A DNA stretch of 64,000 nt from Vicugna vicugna (GCA_013265495.1 MU058241.1:434001-498000), one strand, 5' to 3'; counted from the first letter of the stretch, positions 12,867-24,836 are shown. Notes: generated by a model not told the origin, from the letters alone. Program-made: numbers and translations.

Positions 12867-14311
12867 AACTCTTATGGGGAAACTTCACTTCAGTCTTGAA
12901 ACTGTATTTGGTATTGCAGCAACGGTTTTAAAAACAAGAGAAAACCTATGGTCAATTATGATTCTGATGCTAAATCAGCCTCAACATTTATCTTAGCAAT
13001 TAAAATCACGATTCTGAAAAAGCTGAGATCTTTATATCGAATACTTTCCATTTATATTTTGAGTGTCCTTTTGCAAGTAAAAATTATATCCAAGTTTCAG
13101 AGAAATGTGCATATTTTAGAGTTAGTCCCCTTCTTGGCTTACTTGTCTCTGCATGGAAAACACCTTAAAATATTTTACAGAGATTTAAAAAAAATCAGCT
13201 CACTTGTTTGCCTCTTAGGGTGGAGAATAAAAGGTTAAAAATCTGTAAAAAGCCGTCAAAGTACTATGCTTCTATATTCTGAGCCCCAAATCAGATCACA
13301 GTGGCTGTCAAGTGGTCTGAAATACTGACAAGGAAATTGGAAGCTGGGGTTGTCCCTACATGTGAATAATGAGTGGCATCCTAATCTTAAGTCTCCAGCT
13401 CCTGTCTGTCAAGTTCAGCATCAGTACAGCAGGGAAGCGCACTCACCAGTGATGGGAGAAACTACAGTCACGTGGCAAAGGATGGGGTTGCCGAGAAAGG
13501 CAGAAAATCAGGAACAGAGTTTAATCGACATGGTGGTCACTGCCTTGTCTTCCTCACTTAGCACGTTCTGGAACAGCAGGGGAGAGGGCAGAGCTTCAGA
13601 AGAAACATAGGAGGCTGGCTGCTTGCTCTATGGGGAAAAGGCCAGCAGATACAAAGGCATCCACACAGGGTGTCAGACTGTGGACCACTCTGCAGATCTA
13701 GAAATTCAGTTGCACCTAGAGACTTAGCTGGACTGCAGGCATCACCACTGGCTTCTGCAGTATTTCATCCTCAACGCTGATCCTCGTGAACTTTTAGGGC
13801 GACAGGGTGATGTCCCAGAATATAGCCGACCAGCTGGCCTTGCCGGACGGCTCACCAACCCTTACCTCGCAGCTGTTAGGTTTGGGGCTGTGGATGAAGT
13901 CAAAATAACAACACGCTTCTCGGGAGGCAAGTGTGTGGAAGAACTGTGGAAGGCTGCAAGAAAAATTCAAGGATTCACTGCCAAAATATTCCTTTAGGAA
14001 AGCTGACCTGAGGAAGCAAAATACACGGAGTTTCGGGGCTTTTTAGTAAAGGTTTATGGGTCACCAAGAGTCTGTCAAAATACTCTTAGTGGATGGTTGT
14101 TAAGCTTCTTCACCAGGAAGGAGATGTGCTTCATGTTGAAAAGACTGTCTTCCCTTCAGACTGTAGGCTCCTTGGCGGGATAAGGCGACTCAGCTTGACT
14201 GGACCTCCAGCGGTGGACAAAACTCATGGAACATGAAGTTTGACTGATGCAAGAAAATGTGAGTTAGAGTCCTTGAGAACTGGCCCCATGCACTGATTTT
14301 TTACAAGCTCC

Positions 14312-14826
14312 ACTATTGTAGTTTCCTGTTGCTGCTTTGACAAACTAATACTCAAACTTCATAATCTAAAACGACACAAATGTATTATCTTATGGTTCTA
14401 GGGGTCAGCGTCCAGAGTGGGTCATCCTGGGCTAAAATCAAGGTTTTGAGAGGCTGCATGTGTTCTGGAGGCTCTGGGGAGAATCTTTTCTTGCCTTTTC
14501 CAGGTGTTAGAGGCCACCTGCACTCCTTGGTTTGTGGTCCTTTCCTCAATCGGCCAAGCCAGTGGTATGACATCGCCAGGTTTCCCTTTCTCAGACCTCT
14601 GCTTCCATCCCCACGCCTCCTTCTCCCACTCTGAGCCCCCTGCCTCCCTGTCATAAGGACACTTGAGATTGTACAGGGCCCACTGGGGTAATCCAGGATG
14701 CTCTCTCAGTCGCAGACCCTCACCTAAGTCGCATCTTCCGTGTCCATTTTGCCATGTAAGTGACATATTCACAGATTCCGGGAATTAGGAAGCAGCCATG
14801 TTTGGGGGGCCACTTTGCCTATCACA
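14312..14826 (-). mobile_element. MaLR solo LTR (MLT1C/D-like)
   Basis: GGGCTAAAATCAAGGT, TTCTGGAGGCTCTGGGGAGAATC, GCCATGTAAGGTGACATATTCACAG, GCCTATCACA. Confidence 0.9.
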
Positions 14827-15309
14827 CCCGCAATGTGCTTCTGATGGTTTCGTCTCAATATCCTCCTGTGTCCCTTGCAAATATGACACTTCCAGCATCA
14901 TTAAACTGACAAAGCAAGCCAGAGACAGGTGTACCTCTTGGGGGTTGGGGAAGTTAAGTTAGCAGTGAGGGTACTCGGAGAAACTTTCTGGCTCGTCTTT
15001 GCTGGGGTGGAGCGAACGTCCTAATGTGGGGAGAGTTGTCGCCTCTTCTTCTGGATGCTCCACTTGCTGTCGCACCTCTGACGTCCCAGAGCTGAAGAAC
15101 TGGATCAGATCTGCCCGGCATCGCAAGCAAACCTGTGACTGCCCTAGGGCCCGCGTGAGGCCTGAGGAGAAACAGTTACCAACCAACTGCTCTAACTTGT
15201 TGTTCACCTCTCATCAGTTCCTTAGTCTTTCTACACTTGGTTTGCCTTACGTGGGAGAATGTGATGCTCTGATGCACGACTCTAAGGTTTCTTACAGTGG
15301 CAAGACCTT

Positions 15310-15807
15310 CATATTACTCAGGGTTCTCCAGAGAAACAGAACCCATAGGATGTGTATACATTCAGAAAGATTGATTATAAGGAATTGGCTTGTGCAGATG
15401 TGGAAAGCGGCAAGTCCCAAGATTTGCACAGGGTGTCAGCAAGCTGGAGGCTCAGGGCCGCAGATAGTTTAGTTCTAGTCTGAGTCCCAAAGCCCGAGGC
15501 CCAGGAAGAGTCAATGTTTCAATTCAAGTCCGAAGGCAGGAGAAAAATTGATGTCCTAATTCAGAAGCTGTCAGGCTGCAAAAATTCTTACTTGGGGGAG
15601 GGTCAGCCTTTTTGTTCTGTTCAGGTCTTTGGCTGACTGGTTGAGACCCACCCATATTATGGGGGACAGTCTGCTTTCCTCAGTCTACCAGTGTGTTAAC
15701 TTCATCCCAAAACACCCTCACACATACACCCAGAATCATGTTTGACCAAGTATCTGGGCACTCTGTGGCCTAGTCAAGTTGATACATACATAAAATTAAC
15801 CATCACA
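15310..15807 (-). mobile_element. ERVL solo LTR (MLT2B-like)
   Basis: CAGGGTTCTCCAGAGAAACAGAACC start and GTCAAGTTGA...TAAAATTAACCATCACA end. Confidence 0.9.
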
Positions 15808-15957
15808 ATTTTAAACTGAAGGTTTTGAATCACCTTTGAACTCAGTCCTGTTCAGTCTGCCACCTGTGACCCATCCATAAACAAACATACATGCCTGGCC
15901 TCTGTGGGATGGAGGTAGATAAGCTTTTGATGTGCACAAGAATCGACTTGGAAAATA

Positions 15958-15967
15958 GTGACGTCAC
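15958..15967. promoter_or_regulatory. Full palindromic CRE/ATF motif
   Basis: GTGACGTCAC with its CpG intact in CpG-poor DNA; motif only. Confidence 0.35.
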
Positions 15968-16935
15968 ATTCAGCGCTAACCAGTGCTGGCCTGGAGGTCC
16001 ACACCAGGGAAGGAAGGTTCTTAGGACTTAGAATAAGAGGCTCCAATTCAACTTGAATGTCTTGTAATTTATTACTTGAGTACTCAGTGCGTCAAATTAG
16101 AACTTTGCAGGCATTGGCAGGGTGATGTTTTTCTACTATTTCGTTTCCAGCCCGTGCCCAGTGTGCCCTAACCGTGTGTCTTGCCTGCAGCTGCTCAGTC
16201 TTTCTTCACAAAAATAAGCAGAGCCTTCCTTTGTGTTTGGCACAGCAGGGTGTCACTCAGGATTGAGGCTGCTGCTCGTGGATTCCCAGTTCCACTGCTG
16301 GCCGCTGACGACTGCTCTGTGGACGTCACTCAAGTATTTAAATAACTGTGATAAATTCAAGTCGACATGTTAGATATAGGAAGGAAAAGAGGACTTGAAA
16401 GAAGAGAATGAAGCAGGAGGAGGGAGGTCTATAAAAAGAAGGATAAAAATCCAGAAAAAGCAGCCAGCAAATTGAAGAAAACTGGGAGAGAGAAAACAGC
16501 TAATACCTGAATAGAAGGGAGAAGCAAAATGTGAGCAGATACAAGTGGGAAAGCACCCCCAAAGGAACAAGATATTTTTTTTTAAAGAAGGAGAAAGATA
16601 AGCCAAAGTGAGACAAGTAAAACTAGAATGGTGGTTTCTTTTCAGAAGGGTCCTCTGGAGAGTCTGGGGAAGCAGCCTTCTTCTCTGCACCTAACCTGTC
16701 CGTCCTCCACACGACACTTCTGCTGGGCTGACTCTCCTGTCTTCATTTCAGCATGGTAAAGAGGACTTTGGGGCGACAGGCGGCACTGTCCCATAGTAGC
16801 TGCGAACTTAATACATTCACAACTCTTTCACAATAAGCACAAGAGTACCAGGGAGAAATACTGGTGCAGGATTCCAGTGCTGTCACCTGAATTAATGTGT
16901 ACTGGATGAAAGTGATGAGCTCACTAAGTCATAAC

Positions 16936-16957
16936 TTTTTTTTTTTTTTTTTTTTTT
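16936..16957. repeat. poly(T) run
   Basis: T22 seen directly. Confidence 0.9.
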
Positions 16958-17218
16958 AGATCTCTGCTTCGGTGATGTATTGGGTTCGTTTGTAAAGCAC
17001 GTATTGAGTGCCTGGGTGCAGATGGTGTGTGGGGCTGTGAAATGAAATCAGTTTTTGCCCTCAGGTAGCATGCAGCTTAGAGAAGAAAGCTCAGAGGTTA
17101 GGCAGTTGATGTTTTTTGATGAAAGCAGTGGCAAAGGAAGTTTGGTGACGACAGTGGTTTGCACTACATGTATTAGCAGTGGATCAAGGCAGTAGTGCCC
17201 AAATGTCCCCGGCCACTT

Positions 17219-17232
17219 CCAGTAGAGGGCAG
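17219..17232 (+). promoter_or_regulatory. CTCF core motif
   Basis: CCAGTAGAGGGCAG matches CC(A/G)(C/G)(C/T)AG(A/G)(G/T)GGC(A/G)(C/G) at all 14 positions; binding not shown. Confidence 0.5.
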
Positions 17233-18328
17233 TTTTATCAGTGACCCACAAATGTGGATTTATTTCCTGCCAAGCTTCTTGGACGGGGCTGCTTGTTTTG
17301 CTGCCAAAAGAAAGGACTCAGCCTTTTTAGGGATAATTCATTCCTCGCCCTCTTCTTCCCTGAGAGTAACAACAGAGGAACGTGAAGTCATCTGGTGCCT
17401 TTGAACCACTGTTTTCTGATCGATATCAAACGCCACTGGAAATGCCTACTTGAAATTCAAAGGATACCTAAGGACTCACAGGACAGATCTTTGCATGTTC
17501 CTTTTTCATTTTATAGGGATTGTGTGTCCAGTCCTGTGCTGTTGCATTGCTGATGCTCTCCTGAATGAAAGCATTCTCCAGTCTGGAAAAAACTCTATTT
17601 CACTTAAAAAGCAATTTTTAAAAGGCCTCTGTCCTCTGCAAACCATATTGAATGTTGTGTTTTTTTATTAATTGTATTTTGGTCTATTCTCTGACTTTTT
17701 CATCACAGCTGGGTCTCCCTTGATTACTTTAATTATTCAGTGAATAAGTAAAGGTCATTTCATTTCAATCACATTTATTAATCACCCACATTTTCTCCTC
17801 ATTAACATTTTTTCTATTTACACGAAGCCAGACTCCTAAGTGATTCTATCAGAGCTATTAAGATGTTAATGTCAAGTCTGGCTGCAGGAAAGTGAGTTCT
17901 CAATGAAGGCAGTGGAGGTTTGTTCATTTTTCCTAAATTGTGTTTGTTTTCATTTGGTGAGCATTAATGATGGGGGCCAGGAACAGTCCTAGGTCTAATG
18001 GGGCACAGATTACTAGTTACAGTGGGAAATTAATCTCTTGCCCCTTGGGAGTGAGTATTGCTCAGAGACGCTGTCCTGGCTGGACCAAATGGGGTTTTTC
18101 TTGATGATTCTATAGGTCGTCAAGACCCGGGTCATTAAAACAGCATTGATCCTGTGAAGGATATAAAGACTGTGTTTGTGTCCACTAGGATGTGCCACCC
18201 CCACTTCCAAACACCAAATGTGTTTCTTTAATATGTAGATATACCCCACTGTATCAGTTACAAGGAACTGAAATGCTATTTTGGGTGATCTACATGCAGG
18301 CTTCCTATCCAGTTTCTAAAGATACAGA

Positions 18329-18348
18329 CACACACACACACACACACA
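18329..18348. repeat. (CA)n microsatellite
   Basis: About 10 CA units. Confidence 0.9.
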
Positions 18349-18351
18349 GGC

Positions 18352-19326
18352 AATGGTAAGCACCTTCAAAATTGCCCTCTGGTGATCCCTATCTCCTCCT
18401 GTTTTAAAGGAAAAATTGCACCAGACATTTTTTTTTAAGTGGCAGGGAAGAGCTTATTTAAGACTATTGCGATAGGGGAGAGAGACTGAATTCAACTCCA
18501 CTGAAACAACATGAGAGAGATTTTAAGTCCTGGAGTGAGCTCATTGAAAAGGACTAGAGGATGTTGGGGGGAGCTTGCTCGATGTGATGAGGCCGTCTGC
18601 CTTTGCTGAGTGGTAGCAGTTAGGCTCCTGCCCTCCTACAGAGACTGGGAGATAGGGGCTCTGTCTTCCCTGAGGATTCCATTTCATATGGAGGCTCCCA
18701 AGCACTCCAGAAAGACTTTCCTGGGTTGTGAAACTGGCCAGAGGCTAGAAGAAAGTGAACATCTCTAAGGACCAGAGAAGGAATTTGCAATTTCAGTTTT
18801 CTAAAGGGACTGCTCTAAGGAAAGGGAGGTCAGGGGCCTAGAGTCAGGAAGAAGTCGGCCTCCATTTAATCAAGCTGAGGGGCACATGATGGTCTTTTAG
18901 ATCAGTATTTGTGTCCCCTTGTAACCCCTTCCCCTTGAGTGTTGTCCACATCTAGTGGACAGAACTTACTGCTAACAAATAGGATAGAGCAGGAGTGACG
19001 AATGTCACTTCACGATTAAGGTGTGAAGGACTATGACATCTGTCTAGCGTCCATGCTCTTTCTCTTGGTTTTGGCTCCCCTTGCTAGCTTGCTCTGGTGA
19101 AGCAAGTTGCCATATTGTGGGCTGCCCTGTGGAGTAAGGAAATAGGGGCATCCTTGGCTCAACAGCCAGGGAGGAGCTGAACCCTGCAAACCACCACCTG
19201 AGGGAGGCTGGAAGCAGATCCCACTGTGGTCACAACCTTGCACAGAATCTGTGAGGCAGTCAGTGTTTGTTGCCTTCATCCCTGAGTTTTGTGGTATTTG
19301 TTATATAACAGTAGACGACTAGTGCA
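18352..19326 (+). mobile_element. MaLR LTR (MLT1E/F-like) interrupted by an ERV1 LTR
   Basis: 5' piece ...GGTGATCCCTATCTCCTCC resumes at ~18905 (GTATT...TGTAACCCCTTCCCCTTGAGTGT) and ends TTTGTGGTATTTGTTATATAACAGTAGACGACTAGTGCA. Confidence 0.75.
18400..18904 (-). mobile_element. ERV1 solo LTR (MER67/MER31-like), nested
   Basis: TG...CA bounded ~500 bp; GACTATTGCGATAGGGGAGAGAGACTGAATTCAACTCC and GGGAGGTCAGGGGCCTAGAGTCAGGAAGAAG are MER67/MER31-type motifs. Confidence 0.75.
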
Positions 19327-19519
19327 CACACAACCCACACATTTCTACATGTGAAATCATAAATACTACATAATGTCCTGTGTGTTTATATGGGTATGTT
19401 TATGTGTGAGGACACCCAAGGAAAAGCTCACATGCTGAGTGGCAGGTGGAAAATCCTTCATTAGAGGTAGAAAGTATAGGACTCCCAGACAGATGGGGTG
19501 GGAAGTAAAAGGCTAGATC

Positions 19520-19860
19520 GAGGACGGCTTGTGAGTTGCTTGAGCAACTGGAAGGATGGATAATGATGATATTTATAGAAATAGGGAAAAACTAGAGTAA
19601 GTGTACATTTTTGGGCTTTCAAGCGAAGATGTTAAATAGGCAGTTGGATAATCAATCTAGACATCAGGCCAACATTCCAGATTTGGAGGCAGAAGTTTGA
19701 ATAGCATTATTTAGGTGATATTTAAACCATTGGAGGTAAATTTGTGGCAAGAGAACTTAGAAAGAGAAAAGGGAGCTGATGATTGAATTCTGGATTAGTC
19801 GACACTAGAAGGTTGCTAAAGAGGAGATCACCAAAAAATAAAACTGAAGAAATTGCAGAG
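19520..19860 (-). mobile_element. L2 LINE fragment
   Basis: TTGAGCAACTGGAAGGATGGA...GATGTTAAATAGGCAGTTGGATA typical of antisense L2. Confidence 0.7.
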
Positions 19861-19877
19861 TTGGTTATGATGTATTT

Positions 19878-21004
19878 GTTAATTTAAGGGAAAGTGCTGT
19901 AGGTACACAGAGAGAAAACTGAGGAACATTTTCTAAGTAGAAGTTCAGGCAGTTAAAACAAATTAAAACAAACAAAACAATACTGAGTGGCAGAACAGAG
20001 CTTAAATGCTGATACTGTGGCCAATAGTGTGAACATTGCCTGTTGACTCCCCATTCAACCATGAAACAACTGCCAAGGTCACAATCTGTCCCTCCTGTCA
20101 CTAAGTGAACCAAACACTCAAGCAGGTGTGCCCTGGACCAGACTGGGCAGCATCCCCTCATCTGCACCCTCTGTAGCCTGTCCTCCACCCCTCTCTCTCC
20201 TCCACCTTGTGGTCCGCTGACCTCTCTTTGACAGGAGGCTTCTCAGCAAAGGCGTGTGGGCCTCCCGCCTGTCTCTGTGGGGACTCACTCCAGGAGCCCA
20301 CTTCCCACAAATCCCCCTCACCAGACTGGGGGCTTCCTGAGCTGTGGCTCCAGGGACCAGATCACAGGGAGCTGTGGCTGAAAACACTAGACACTGAAAG
20401 ATTCTCTTGGTTTGTGTGCACACCCTCCCTCGAGCACAGTCTCATGTGCACATACCCAAGCACAGCCAGAATTCAGGTCCTAGGCAATAGGCTTCAATCC
20501 CATAGTGCATTCAAAATGGTGTTTTTCATAGGTGTATGCAAAGACATGTACACATGTCACTTAAAGTGAGTTGACTATGATGTGTAAGAATCAGAAAGTT
20601 AAGGGCCATTTTCCAGGTTTAAAAAATATATATTGTTAGGTTGTAATTGGCCTTAAAATAGGGGGAAATTGTGAAGTATTTACTTATTCCAGAGCTTCTT
20701 AAATGGATGCCCAAACTTCACTATGTATTTCAGTTCAAATTCCGAGATGAAGTACCTGTTCCACGTGGGTTTTGCTAACGAGATCAACCAGTTTGTTCCT
20801 TTTCTCAACTCTGCTTGGGCTCAGCACCTGTGTGCTTGTTTTAACCTCTCAGATACGTCGTGTAGTGTGTCATTTTACCTGTCTGTGGGTTGACTCAGGC
20901 CTTTTAAAATTCAGTGCCTCCAAGAAGGGTCTTGAATAAAACCCGCAGCTAAACATGCTGAATAAAATTCTACCTGACAGTTCTTAGTTATGCACTTTTA
21001 TTCA
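19878..21004 (-). repeat. Inverted segmental repeat, right arm (pairs with 8279-9423)
   Basis: Reverse complement aligns colinearly with 8279-9423; identical core at 20036-20366. Confidence 0.97.
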
Positions 21005-21159
21005 GTCCTGCAGAGGGAAAGCACTGGCGTTCTGCTGCGCCAGAACTACCCAGATTAGTACAAGTGAGAGGAAAATGATCTCATCCACGGTGATGACAGG
21101 GCCTATAACGTACCTCGGAATTTACCAGACAAAAGAGGTATGAATTCTGCGTAGAGAAA

Positions 21160-22480
21160 AATGACAAGAGTGCTAAACAATGTAGAGAGACCCAGGAAAC
21201 GGAATGAATGTAAGTTATTTAATGGATAGATTTTATAATACTGATATTGATTCTCCAGAAGGAGGTGAATAAGTGCAAAGAGCATTCAATAAAAATCCCA
21301 GTAAGTTCGTTTTGTTTGGTTGTTATTTGGCAAGTATGCATAAATACACGAATAATAGCAGTCTTCCCAGAATAACCAAAATGATAGTGAAAATTCAAAA
21401 AAATAAGGACAAAATAAGGGGTTCCTTCATAATTTAAAGTCAAGATTTTTGCAGAGAGCTGAAATCATGGATTTGGGGTCTAGAAACTGACCCACAAATA
21501 TATACCCTTTCATGTATTTGAATTCAGGAAACTGTGGTGACAACTGTCTTTCCTTCTAGGAAAAAATTTAAAAATGAGGTATCTGTCTCAGCTTAGATGG
21601 AGACAGATTAAGACCTAAAGATGAAAAGTGAAGCTTTGAAAATATTTGAATGAAACTGTTTGACATCTTTATAATTTTAGGGTGAAAAGCAAAATTTTTA
21701 AGCCACATGCAAAAACCAAACTCACTAACAAAAGAGAGATAAATATATTTTTATCAAAATCTAAAATGTTTACATAACATGTCACCATAAATTTTTAACA
21801 TTATAGGTACAGGGCACAGTAGATGAAGATGTCTGCTGTCTGCACAGGATCCATCCCCAGCCCGCCACACTCCCTCCCTCTCTGTCTTACCTCTGTCTCT
21901 GTCTGATTATCTCTGTCATGTGTCTACAGCACACCAAGGGATTATTGGTCAGGATATGAAAAGCCAGCACGTCAACTGGAAAAATGACAAAGAGATCAAA
22001 GGGAAAATGGTTAAAGACCTTGAATGGAAAATTCATCAAAGTACGTAAATTAGCAGTAACAACAATCATGTGGAATAGTGATAAGAACTTGAAAAGATGC
22101 TCAAGATAGATAGTATTTAGGAAAATGCAAATTGAAATCAAAATGAGATACATTTCTACATCATTCAGAGTGAGAAAATTTCTGAACCGGACAGTGTGGT
22201 GTGGGCAAGGCCAGTGTGGGTGAGCAGTTTGCAGACAGCTTGGGGAGTGGTGAGTGTCTCCCCCACATCCCAGCAATTCTGCTCCTGGGGTACACCCAAG
22301 AGAGGCTGATGTGTGCCCAAAGGCACAGCCAGGGGAAGGGGATCTGAGAAGGGGTTGCATTTCACAGCAGACCAGAGCCCGACATCTTTGCTCCCACGGC
22401 ATCTGGCTTTTACCACCACTACAGGATTTTTCATGTCCTGCAGTTGTTTGCTGATAATGTGTAGCAAGAGGATCAGCTTG
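21160..22480 (+). mobile_element. Ancient LINE-1 (L1ME-like) ORF2/3' remnant
   Basis: A-rich degenerate L1 motifs: CAATAAAAATCCCAG, AGAAACTGACCCACAAATATAT, AGGAAAATGCAAATTGAAATCAAAATGAGATACA, CCCAGCAATTCTGCTCCTGGGGTACACCCAAGAGA. Confidence 0.75.
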
Positions 22481-23146
22481 GAGGTTGGGTCAAGACACAG
22501 AGGACAGATATCAGACACAGAAGTGACGAGAGATCACACGCACGCTTTTGAAGCAGATGGTCAGGAAACCTATTCAAAGACTTTGAAATTCTTCTTCAAC
22601 ATCAAGGGCGTTTAGAAAAGGGTCAGGAATTAGAACATTTTGTGAAAGCTCAGAGTCTTTGTTTGATACATTTAAGGGGAAACCTGTAAGATAGGGCTTC
22701 CTCCGTCAATGCATGATTTTATTAATGCTATCAGGCTTTCTCTACTGCACCCTAACCTGGTCAGTCTCCATACCTCTGCTGTTCAACAAACTCATGCCAT
22801 TGAGATACTTTGGAATGGTTGGTGGTTGGACAAGTAATAGCCTTTCAATATTCGTCTATGTGGAGAGGAGGCATTTTTGCAGAAAAGATGTTTAATTGCA
22901 AAACACTCTGTTTTGCTCAACCGTGAATCTTCAACGAAGGAACTGGTACTGGAGGAGAGGTTTAGGGTTCTTATGGAACAGTGTTCTCAACTGTCTTGCA
23001 TTGTTTTCTAGCTACTGCCAGCCCCACAAGGGTCACTGATACAACTGGGTAAATCGGGAGTCAGCCTTCTGACCGTGAGGCATAGCTGATTTCAGCTGAG
23101 ATGATGGTGAGAACTGCTTACACCCACAGCATGTTGACTGTGTCTG

Positions 23147-23278
23147 TGGAGACCGCATATCCCGCCTTCCCTGGAATGGTCCAGCTTTATGCCTGCAGTC
23201 CTGGTGTAATGAGTACCAGCTTCCACTTTTGCTAGTAAAAGGCTCCAGGTCTGGACCATAAAATTATACAGTCATCTT
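23147..23278. mobile_element. MER94-like (hAT-Blackjack)
   Basis: GACCGCATATCCC...TTTATGCCTG...TCCTGGTGTAAT...GGACCATAAAATTATACAGTCA resembles MER94. Confidence 0.6.
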
Positions 23279-23289
23279 TTATAAATTAA

Positions 23290-23470
23290 CAATGGCAATA
23301 CCAGCTAACATTTATAGGCTGTTTTCTCTTTGCCAAGCACTGTTGCTGAGCAATTAACTCATTTAATCTTTTATAATCCTATTAGATGGAACTTTACAGA
23401 AGAAGAAAATGAGATGTAGGCATGTAACGTGTTGAAATCCACAGATACTGTGTATGGATATGGAAGCATG
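23290..23470 (-). mobile_element. MIR SINE
   Basis: AGCTAACATTTAT...TGCCAAGCACTGT...TTAACTCATTTAATC...TTTACAGAAGAAGAAAATGAG. Confidence 0.7.
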
Positions 23471-24235
23471 TTTGTGATATAGATCAGAGAATCAGTGCTT
23501 CACACATTTTCTGAGTAACTGGTCTCTGTTTTGATACTAATCTTTTAAAAGTTAGAATTGTTTTAAGGTTTACTGTTCTCATAAATGCAGTTTGGGAGTG
23601 TCTGAAAATTTTAAAATATGCTTGGAAATCCACTGCAGTCTTGGATCCCTGATGAGACAAAATAGAGCCTACAGCTGGAGCCAAAACCTTTGGTCTTGAA
23701 TGACAGAGACGTCTTGGAAGCATCTGTCTGATGTGGCTCCACAGTGCTGAGTTCAGGGATGCGTGTGGACCGAGGCGAGCTTGCCAGGGAACCTGAGGGT
23801 AATAAATGAGGGCTCTGTGCGTGCTGGAGGTGGGCAGCCTCATACTGTGCCCTGTGGTCATGCCGTGTGTTATTTAGTCCTGGGATTAGTGAAGTGCTGT
23901 TAGCTGGGGCAGGATGCTGTGTCAGACGTATCTGCAGTGGCCAACTGGCAGGACTTCTTCAGCCTCGTTTACATGAAGGGAGCTCAGTGCTGTCATCCAC
24001 AGCTGGGACCTGGCCATACCCCCTGCCCCATCCTCACTCTCCATATGGATTTGGAGGTCCTGAAGCACATTACTTGTGCCAATTGCTCTGCTGTGTATTC
24101 TGGCTGCACTGACATCTCTGTTCTTCTGAAGCAGCAGCCCTGGTTATATGTACTCAGATCTATTTCTGTTAAGACTTTCCTCCAGCTTAAGTTGTTTTTT
24201 GTCAGTACAGTCCTCATACAATGAGATTATGACCA

Positions 24236-24680
24236 GTAGCAGATGCTGTCCACACATGACTCAAATCTCAGGGACCCTAGCCATCTCCCTGTGCCTGTAA
24301 CTTCCAGGACCATGGAAGGCTGACCTGCCTGTGTGTGCTGTGGGCCCCAAGGCACCGGGGAGTTAACACTCCCCCGGGAAGCATCTTCCCCAGATGACAG
24401 ATGCAAGTTGTTATGCAGTATAATAACCCAGCTGCCTCACTCCTGGGGTGAGATAATGCCAGAAGTGGCTTCTTGCACCACTCTCCACATTTTGCTGATG
24501 GGTTAAGGTCCAGTCACTAGCCGTGAGAGCTAGCTTAACAGCATCTCTTCCGTGGGCTGCCTTTCCTTCCCTGTCCCACCTGTCCTCCCCCCAGCCAGAG
24601 TCCCAGTCCCTCCAAATAAACCACCTGTGGCAGAACCTTTGCCTTGGGATCTGTTTCTCTGAGAGCTCTGCTTAACCAGC
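24236..24680 (+). mobile_element. ERVL LTR (LTR16-like)
   Basis: GTAGCAGATGCTGT start, GGGAGTTAACACTCCCC, GCTGCCTTTCCTTCCCTGTC, CCTCCAAATAAACCACCTG. Confidence 0.75.
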
Positions 24681-24812
24681 GCCAGCTCTGAAATCGTCTC
24701 CAGGGTCCCTGTCTGTTTCTTCAGTGGCCGTTGTCTTAGTCGTGACTGTGCAGTCATTCGTGTGTTCCATGCCTGTATCCCTGATGACGTGGCAGCTGCC
24801 CTGGATGACATA

Positions 24813-24836
24813 TGTGTGTGTGTGTGTGTGTGTGTG
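24813..24836. repeat. (TG)n microsatellite
   Basis: About 12 TG units. Confidence 0.95.

Noticed and set aside
16370..16690. Hydrophobic F/L/S-rich ORF resembling a membrane protein
   Set aside because: It is the antisense reading of a GA-rich low-complexity tract.
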